This document shows, piece by piece, positions 55,713-62,574 of a DNA stretch of 64,000 nt. The DNA comes from a virus. The notes below the pieces were generated by a model. It searched no databases. It had not been told where the DNA came from and saw only the letters and a program-made list of their open reading frames with translations. A program made the position numbers and the translations under genes. Numbering within the stretch: the stretch's first letter is position 1; every line of letters starts with the position of its first letter. The DNA is taken from positions 41,135 to 105,134 of the IMG/VR virus record IMGVR_UViG_3300017963_000011; one strand, written 5' to 3'.

Positions 55713-55997
55713 CTAGTCTACTCGCTTCCCGTGCTCGTCAATCTCGTATGCGTCAAGATACATGGTCACACTGGCTTCGGCGGGCTCGGCGACGGCGGCG
55801 CGGCGCTGGCGCCAGCCGTCCATGCGCGGGCCGAGCGAGCGGCCCGCCGAGACGAGCCCGAGAGCGAGCACGGCGCCGAGCACGAGCCCGGCGGCCCATG
55901 CGAAGGCGCGGCGGCGGCGGCGCCGGCGGCCGGCGGCCCGTGCGCGAATGATAGACCGTGCCATGTGGCTTCGGCCCTTAATCGTTTCGTCTTTCAC
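55713..55997 (-). CDS. Small membrane protein
   Basis: GAAAGGGGAA SD and GTG; Arg-rich stretch followed by hydrophobic AFAWAAGLVLGAVLALGLVS. Confidence 0.6.
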   Translation of the reverse strand: MKDETIKGRSHMARSIIRARAAGRRRRRRRAFAWAAGLVLGAVLALGLVSAGRSLGPRMDGWRQRRAAVAEPAEASVTMYLDAYEIDEHGKRVD

Positions 55998-56050
55998 GTG
56001 TTCCCCTTTCGGCCCGGCGCCGCTCGGCCGGCGGCGCACGCATTCGACTA

Positions 56051-56066
56051 TGCAAGGGCCGTGCCA
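56051..56066 (-). promoter_or_regulatory. Sigma54 -24/-12 promoter
   Basis: TGGCAC-GGCCC-TTGCA. Confidence 0.85.
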
Positions 56067-56434
56067 TTCTCGGCCATGACATGTCAGCCGTGCCCGAGCA
56101 CGGCGCCGAGAGCGAGCCGGCCCATGTTCTTGGCGCCGAGAATGGCGGGCGCCAGCCGGGCCGAGACTGACAGCCATGCCAGTCTCGCCGAAGCATACAA
56201 TGTCAGCCGAGCGGCTGAAAGCCGCTTCCAGAGCGGATTAGAGCCTACTGACAAAAATGTCAGTATGGCTGACATGGATGCCAGCCGGGCCGGCCTTATA
56301 GTAGACGGGCGCATGACGCGCGCCCGCACGCGCGCCCGCACGCGCGCCCGAAGAATCGGAAGCGATCGGCCATACAACGCGCGCGGGCGGGCGCGTAGAC
56401 TGCGCCCGCGTCATGTATATAGGGCCGCCGAGCT

Positions 56435-56450
56435 TGGCACGGCCCTTGCA
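56435..56450 (+). promoter_or_regulatory. Sigma54 -24/-12 promoter
   Basis: TTGGCAC-GGCCC-TTGCA. Confidence 0.85.
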
Positions 56451-56662
56451 TAGCAATCGGCGGCCGAAGGGGAAGCGAGGAAACGGCCGGCGCCATTCTC
56501 GGCGCCGAGAATATGACGGCCCGAGCCGGGCCGAGTATTGCCAGACATAGCACGGGCACGGGAAAGGCGGCCGGCGCCGGCCGAGAGCGGCGCGCGATAG
56601 TTCTTTGACATGTGAATACGAATCAACGCGTATCAACTACTGACATGCGAAAGGGAACACGC

Positions 56663-58102
56663 ATGAAGAAGAAACGCAAGAAAGGCGAATCCGTCAAGAC
56701 GGGCGCGCGTGGCGCAAACGTGCCGAAACAAAAAGCCGCCGCCGAGCGCAAGGCGGCCGAGAGCAACGCCCGAGACAAGAAAGCAGCCGGAATCAAGCCG
56801 CCGCCGCCCGTCAAGCCGAGCCCGGCGCCCGAGCCGAAGCCGGCCGAGCCCGCGCCGAATCCCATGGCGGCGCCCGAGACGCTTCATGACGGCAAGACGA
56901 GCAAGCCGAACACGCCCGGCGCGCCCGTAGCGCTGCATGGCTCGCTCATTCTCGAAACGTTCATGGGCGCCGCCGTCGCTCTCGTGTGTCGTCTCATGCT
57001 CGGCGCGCTTTATGACGAAGCCGCCGCGCTCATGGAAGCGACGAAGGCCGAACGCGCCGAGCTTGACGGCAAGACGGCGCCGAAGACGGCCCGAGACATG
57101 GACAAGAAACGCGCCGCTCTCACTACGCGCTACACTCGCACGCAAGACAATGCAATCAAACGCGGCGCGTATCTCGCCGTGATTCTGGCGACATGGGACA
57201 TTCGCCTTGACTTTACGGGAACGAACACGGCCGCATGGACATGGGCGCGTGACATTAACGGGAAAATCGTGAAAGACGAAAAGACGGGCAAGCCGAAGCG
57301 CATGACTGTCAAGCTACAAGACGTGTTCATGTCCGTACTGACACAAAACTACGGAAGCGCCATGAAGGAATTGCAATGCCTTCGCACGGCCGCCGAATTC
57401 CTGCCAGTATGCCCGGAAGCGATCCGGGCCGCTCTCGTGCCCGAGAGCGACGGCGCACGGCCCGAGAGCGAGAGCGCGGCAAGCATGGGGCTCGTGCTCG
57501 ATTTTCTTGCCAAACACGTGCATACCGATTCCGTGCCATACGTAAGGAAACACGCGAAGGAAAAGGGAATCGGCGTCACGTGGCAAGCTCTCACAAACGA
57601 GAGCGAGCGCGCCGCGCTCGGCCGGCCCGACAAAGGCAAGGGGAAGGGGAAAGACAAGACGAAAGGCAAGCCGCCCGCGAAGAAAAAGCAAAAGCATGTG
57701 AACGTCTACAACGCACGCGGCGAAAAGGTTACGCTTGACATGGAACGCGCCAAGAATGCAGCCGCCGCCGCCGAAGGCAAGGCCGAAGAGAGTGAAACGG
57801 AGCGCGCCGCCCGTATCGTCGATGGAGTAGACATGAGCGAAACGGAGCGCGAAGCCGTCAAAAAGGCGCGCGAAGCCGGTCTGAATGACGGATGGGCCGC
57901 GCTTCGAAGCCTCGCGTCTCAACTCATGGGCGATCCGAGCACCGAAGGCTTCGACATGACGGGCGCCATGATTTTCGTCGAATGGCTCTCGGGACAAATC
58001 GCGGCGGCCGGAGACGCCGCCGCCGAGCGGGCCGAGCTTAGGCATGCCACGTCGAAGGCTAACAAGGCGGCCGTAGTGGGCGCCGCCCGAGTGAACGCGT
58101 AG
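56663..58102 (+). CDS. Lys/Ala-rich hypothetical protein (479 aa)
   Basis: Long ORF with a GAAAGGGAA SD; followed by a hairpin and T-tract at 58111-58145. Confidence 0.75.
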   Translation: MKKKRKKGESVKTGARGANVPKQKAAAERKAAESNARDKKAAGIKPPPPVKPSPAPEPKPAEPAPNPMAAPETLHDGKTSKPNTPGAPVALHGSLILETFMGAAVALVCRLMLGALYDEAAALMEATKAERAELDGKTAPKTARDMDKKRAALTTRYTRTQDNAIKRGAYLAVILATWDIRLDFTGTNTAAWTWARDINGKIVKDEKTGKPKRMTVKLQDVFMSVLTQNYGSAMKELQCLRTAAEFLPVCPEAIRAALVPESDGARPESESAASMGLVLDFLAKHVHTDSVPYVRKHAKEKGIGVTWQALTNESERAALGRPDKGKGKGKDKTKGKPPAKKKQKHVNVYNARGEKVTLDMERAKNAAAAAEGKAEESETERAARIVDGVDMSETEREAVKKAREAGLNDGWAALRSLASQLMGDPSTEGFDMTGAMIFVEWLSGQIAAAGDAAAERAELRHATSKANKAAVVGAARVNA

Positions 58103-58580
58103 AGTCTCCCGAGCCGCCGGGCCGTGCCCGGCGGCTCTCTTTTTCTACGCGCGCATGGTAGCGCTACCACGGGCCGCACGCTCGGCGCCAGCCGGGCCGA
58201 AAGGGGCCGCCGAGCCGCCCGAGATTCGCCACGAGACGCCCGGAATCGGCCCGGATTCGTCCGATCGCATGGCGAGACGGGCCGAGACAAGGGCCGGCCG
58301 CCTTGCGGGCGTTAAACGGCGAATCTGCTAGACAAGCGGCGCGCATGCGCGTCCTATATATACATGACGCATGCGCAGTCTACGCACGCACGCCCGCACG
58401 CCCGCACGCGCCCGCGCGTGCGCACGCCCGAAGAATGGAAGCGATCCGGCCCATGAGACGCGCGCACGTCTATAAGGTCGAATCCCTACCTTTTCTTCGG
58501 GCGCACGCGTGCGTGCGGGCGCGCATGTATATAAGAAAAGCCGCCGGCCCGAGCGGGCCGGCGGCGCTGGCGCCGGGCGT

Positions 58581-59003
58581 TTAGACGTACACATGCCCGC
58601 AACGATAGCAATGGAGAGCGGGCATGTCAGTCTCGCCATACGTGCAAGGCGAGAGCAACGCGCCGCACACGCTACATTCTTCGCATTCGTGCGCTTCGGG
58701 TGCGTCGTATCCTTGCCACAATTCGCGCCCGTGCTCGTCTCTCGGCCATTCGCCGTTGATAGTCAGCCGGCCCGTATCTCGCGCCCATTGCAGCGCGGCG
58801 CGGCGGGCGTCTTTCTTGCGCGCCTTATCCGCAATGGAGAGCGCCAGCCGCCGGCCGCTCGGGCAAGCCGGCCCGGCGCCGATTCCTTCGACGTGCCAGC
58901 CGTAGGATTCATGCGTGACAGTAGCAAGGCGGGCGCCGTCGAAAAGCCGCACGAGCACGAGCCGGCGCCGGCTCTCGCGCTTCCATGCATAGTCGTTTAC
59001 CAT
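58581..59003 (-). CDS. Hypothetical protein with C-terminal Zn ribbon(s)
   Basis: GAAAGGGG SD; CSVC...CYRC; sigma54 promoter upstream and terminator downstream. Confidence 0.65.
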   Translation of the reverse strand: MVNDYAWKRESRRRLVLVRLFDGARLATVTHESYGWHVEGIGAGPACPSGRRLALSIADKARKKDARRAALQWARDTGRLTINGEWPRDEHGRELWQGYDAPEAHECEECSVCGALLSPCTYGETDMPALHCYRCGHVYV

Positions 59004-59032
59004 TCTCGGCCCCTTTCGTCGCCTTTTTCACG

Positions 59033-59048
59033 TGCAAGCGCCGTGCCA
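59033..59048 (-). promoter_or_regulatory. Sigma54 -24/-12 promoter
   Basis: TGGCAC-GGCGC-TTGCA. Confidence 0.85.
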
Positions 59049-59367
59049 TGTTTCGGCTGACATAGCAGACATGAGCGAGCCCGCATGACTACGGCCGGCG
59101 GCCCGCTCATTCTCGGCGCCGAGACTGGCGAGACTGGCATGGCTGTCAGTCTCGCCGAAGCCCGGAATGTCGGCCGAGAGCCCGAGAGCCGCCATGGAAG
59201 CGGATTTGAGCCTACTGACATTTTTGTCACTACGGCTGACATGGATGCCAGCCGCCGGCCCTATATAGTATACGCTCGCATGACGCGCGCGCCCGCGCGT
59301 GCCCGAAGAAAAGGAAGCGATCCGGCCCATGAACGTGCGCGCGTCATGTATATAGGGCCGCCGAGCT

Positions 59368-59383
59368 TGGCACGGCCCTTGCA
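59368..59383 (+). promoter_or_regulatory. Sigma54 -24/-12 promoter
   Basis: TTGGCAC-GGCCC-TTGCA. Confidence 0.85.
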
Positions 59384-59589
59384 TTGTCAATCGGCGCCGA
59401 AGAGGAAGCCGGGCCGAGCAAGGCGGGCGCGGCGGGCCGCAAGGCCGAAGCAAGAAATGCCACGAGCACGAGCCGGCGCATGTGTTCGCAAAATATGGCC
59501 GGCCCGAGTAGCCGAGCCGCCGCAAGGCGGCCCGGCTTCGGGACATGAGAGCGGCCCGAGCCGGGCCGCACGTATCGAAGGGAACACAC

Positions 59590-59916
59590 ATGAGAATCGA
59601 CGTCGAAGCGATCATGAGCGGGCATGCGCTTGCCGAGCGCGGCAAGCTGCGCAAGCGGCGCGCGCTCTCTCACTCCATGCGCTCTCGGGCCGTGCGCGGC
59701 ATTCGGGCCGATCGGGAAGCCGCCGCCGAGAGCGCCGAGCCGCCCGCCCGGCGGCCCGAGCCCGCCGGCCGCCGGCCGATCGCCATGAGCGTGCCCGAGC
59801 CCGCCACGTACCACGGCGAGACGCCCGCGCCGTGCCACGTCGAAGGCGCCGGCTCGTGCGGCTCGTGCCCGGATTGCATGAACGTGCGCCACGAGCCCGA
59901 GCCGCCGGCCGAGTAG
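59590..59916 (+). CDS. Hypothetical protein with a Cys cluster
   Basis: GAAGGGAA SD; CH..GAGSCGSCPDC; terminator near 59960-59990. Confidence 0.55.
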   Translation: MRIDVEAIMSGHALAERGKLRKRRALSHSMRSRAVRGIRADREAAAESAEPPARRPEPAGRRPIAMSVPEPATYHGETPAPCHVEGAGSCGSCPDCMNVRHEPEPPAE

Positions 59917-60329
59917 CGCGCCGCCGGGCTCTCGGCCCCTTGCCCGGCGCTTGCCACGAGACGCCCGCCCGTGCGGGCGTCTTTCTTTATACGTGCGCGC
60001 GCCCGTAGTAGTGCCGAATCCCTTCCTTTTCTTGGCGGGCGCGGGCGCGGGCGTGCGTCATGTACTATATAGACGCGGGCGCGTGCGGCTTGTCTTACAG
60101 ATTCGCCGTCTAACGGCCGATCGGCCGGCGGGCCGGCCCAACATACGGCCCGAGCCGAGAGCGGCCCTATACGGCCCGATTCCGGCCGTCTCGTGGCGAA
60201 TCTCGGCGCCCGTCTCGGCCCCTATGGGCCGGCGCCGGCCCGCGTGCGCATGGTAGCGCTACCACGGCCGCCCGCGCGCGCGTATAGAAAAAGCCGCCGG
60301 CCCTTCGGCCGGCGGCTCTCGTGCGCCGT

Positions 60330-60656
60330 CTAGTGAATCGCCTTGAAGCGGGCGCCCGTCTCGGGCATGGCTTCGATCGGCACGAGCCATGCGCCGTCTC
60401 TGTAGTAGACATGGCGGCCGTCTTGCCAGACAACGCGCCAGCCGCCGAGCACGGCGCGGGCGCCGGGCCGCTGGATTTTCACGTATCCGATTCGGCGCCA
60501 GCCGTAGCGCGCCGCCTTCGGCCCGCTGATTTGAATCGCGCCGTCGCTCTCCCGATACGGCGCGAGCGTCAAATCCAGACACAAGCCGCGATTCACAAGC
60601 ATGCGGCTCGTGAAAAGCTCGCCAGTCTCCATGCTGATTTTCTCGAATGTCGCCAT
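60330..60656 (-). CDS. Hypothetical protein
   Basis: GAAAGGGG SD before MATFEKIS; terminator downstream. Confidence 0.65.
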   Translation of the reverse strand: MATFEKISMETGELFTSRMLVNRGLCLDLTLAPYRESDGAIQISGPKAARYGWRRIGYVKIQRPGARAVLGGWRVVWQDGRHVYYRDGAWLVPIEAMPETGARFKAIH

Positions 60657-60707
60657 GTCGGCCCCTTTCGTCTCGGCCCGGCGGCTTGCCGTGCTCGATT
60701 TTTGATA

Positions 60708-60723
60708 TGCGATTCCCGTGCCA
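60708..60723 (-). promoter_or_regulatory. Sigma54 -24/-12 promoter
   Basis: TTGGCAC-GGGAA-TCGCA. Confidence 0.75.
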
Positions 60724-61432
60724 AGTCTCGGCGCTGGCATGTCAGCCGAGAGCCCGAGCGCGCACGAGAGCCGGCGCCGGGCCGGCTGCTCGCTAGTCTC
60801 GGCGCCGAGAATGCCGCAAGGGCCGAATCGGAATTCTCGATTCCGATTTTTTCGGCGAGAGGCTCTCAAATCCGCTTCCAGAGCGGCTTTCCAGCGATCG
60901 GAACTCCCGGTTCCGATCGGAATTGTCAGTTCCGATTTTGCCCGCAAGCCGCCATGAGAGCCGAAGACAGCCGAGCCGGTCCCTATAGTATACATGCCCG
61001 TGCGCACGCCCGCATGACGCGCGCACGGGCGCGGGCGCGAAGAAAAGGAAGCGATCCGGCCCATGCTACGCGCGCCCGCGCCCGTCTTGTGTCTATATAG
61101 ACACAAAAGACGCCCGCACGGCGGCCGGCCACCGATTCCGGCTGGCGCGGCCCCAAAATACGCCACGAGAGCGCCGGAATCGGCCCGGATTCGGCCGATC
61201 GCAAGCCGGCCCCTATCTCGGCCCGTCTCGCCGAGCGATCGGCCCGGATTCGGCGAATCTGCTAGACAAGCGGCGCGCGCACGCGTCTATATAGAGACAT
61301 GGCGCACATGCGCGCACGCCCGCCCGCGCACGCGAAGAAAAGGAAGGGGAAAAGCCCCCTATAGACGCGCACGGGCACGCGCGCACATGAGAAAAGCCGC
61401 CGGGCCGGCCCGGCGGCTCTCGTGCGGCTCTC

Positions 61433-61624
61433 CTATCCTACGAGCAAGAGAGAGCCGTCCATGAACGCGCTAACCTTTTCGCCCGGCTTCATGTTGCCCG
61501 CATAATCGTACATTTCGCCAGCCGAGACGGTAAACCATGCATAGTCGTCTCGATTCATAATCACCTTGACTTGAATCGCGCTGGCTCTGTTTACCGCGTT
61601 CATAAGCTCGTGTCGGTCCATCAT
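61433..61624 (-). CDS. Hypothetical protein (63 aa)
   Basis: GAAAGGGG SD before MMDRHELMNAV; terminator downstream. Confidence 0.6.
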   Translation of the reverse strand: MMDRHELMNAVNRASAIQVKVIMNRDDYAWFTVSAGEMYDYAGNMKPGEKVSAFMDGSLLLVG

Positions 61625-61675
61625 TTTCGGCCCCTTTCGTCTTGCGGGCGGCTTGCCCGGCTCGCCATTCTTCAA

Positions 61676-61691
61676 TGCAAAGCGTGTGCCA
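61676..61691 (-). promoter_or_regulatory. Sigma54 -24/-12 promoter
   Basis: TTGGCAC-ACGCT-TTGCA. Confidence 0.85.
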
Positions 61692-62138
61692 AGTCTCGCG
61701 CCCGCTGTACACTCTACCACGCCCGCGCCCGTATTCCCCTATAGACGCACGGCGCGAAGAGCAAGGAAGCGAAAAAAGCCGCCCGAGCCGCCGGCCGCCG
61801 CCCGGCGCTACTGACAGCCATGCCAGTCTCGGCGCCGAGAATGACCACGAATCCGGGCCGGCCGGCTGCGCTCAAATCCGCCATGGGCGCCGTTTTGCGG
61901 CCCATACTGACATTTGTGTCACTAGCCGACATTGAGAGCACCGAATCGGCCGAGAGCCGCGCCAGCAAAGCAATACAAGCCGGCCGCCGGCTCGTGCTAC
62001 TGACAAAAATGTCAGTCCCTATATACGTATAAGCGCACGCCCGCATGCGCGCGCCCGTGCGAAGAAAAGGAAGGGATTCGGCCCTATAGACGCGCACGCG
62101 CCCGCATGCGCAGTGTAGCGCTACCACGAGCCGAAACA

Positions 62139-62154
62139 TGGCACGGCGCTTGCA
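62139..62154 (+). promoter_or_regulatory. Sigma54 -24/-12 promoter
   Basis: TGGCAC-GGCGC-TTGCA. Confidence 0.85.
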
Positions 62155-62180
62155 CTAAGGCAAGCGAAAGGGGAAACGAA

Positions 62181-62291
62181 ATGAGCAAGCGAGAACGAAA
62201 CGCCCGCCGCCTCGACTGGCTTATGCAATCGTTCATGGTCGCCGTTATGACGGCCGCCATTCTGGCCTATAACGGTACGATCGTATTCTAG
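62181..62291 (+). CDS. 36-aa membrane peptide
   Basis: GAAAGGGGAA SD; basic N-terminus then a hydrophobic helix. Confidence 0.55.
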   Translation: MSKRERNARRLDWLMQSFMVAVMTAAILAYNGTIVF

Positions 62292-62307
62292 GAAAGGGGA
62301 AAAGACA

Positions 62308-62574
62308 ATGACGCACGAGGAATTCATGAAGCGCCGCGCCGAGCTTTTCGAGGAAGCGAAGCGCATTCTTCGCACGCTGGCGCCCGAGACTCGCATGGCG
62401 AGTGAAACCGAAAAGAGCACGGCCGAGCTTTTCGAAGCCGCGCCGCTCTCGTGCCCGTACTGCGCAAGCAATAACACGAGCACATGCGATTTTGGCGGCC
62501 CGTTTTGCCTCGATTGTGGCGCCACGTTTGACGGCGCCGGCTTCGTCAACGGCGAATGGACGGGCCGCCAGTAA
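62308..62574 (+). CDS. Small Zn-ribbon protein
   Basis: GAAAGGGGAA SD; CPYC...CLDC; terminator near 62595-62625. Confidence 0.65.
   Translation: MTHEEFMKRRAELFEEAKRILRTLAPETRMASETEKSTAELFEAAPLSCPYCASNNTSTCDFGGPFCLDCGATFDGAGFVNGEWTGRQ

Larger units (their letters stand above)
53874..61260. repeat. Five 104-105 bp elements bounded by AGATTCGCC / GGCGAATCT
   Basis: 53874-53977 (+), 55070-55173 (-), 58222-58326 (+), 60099-60203 (-) and 61156-61260 (+, left end degenerate). Confidence 0.85.
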
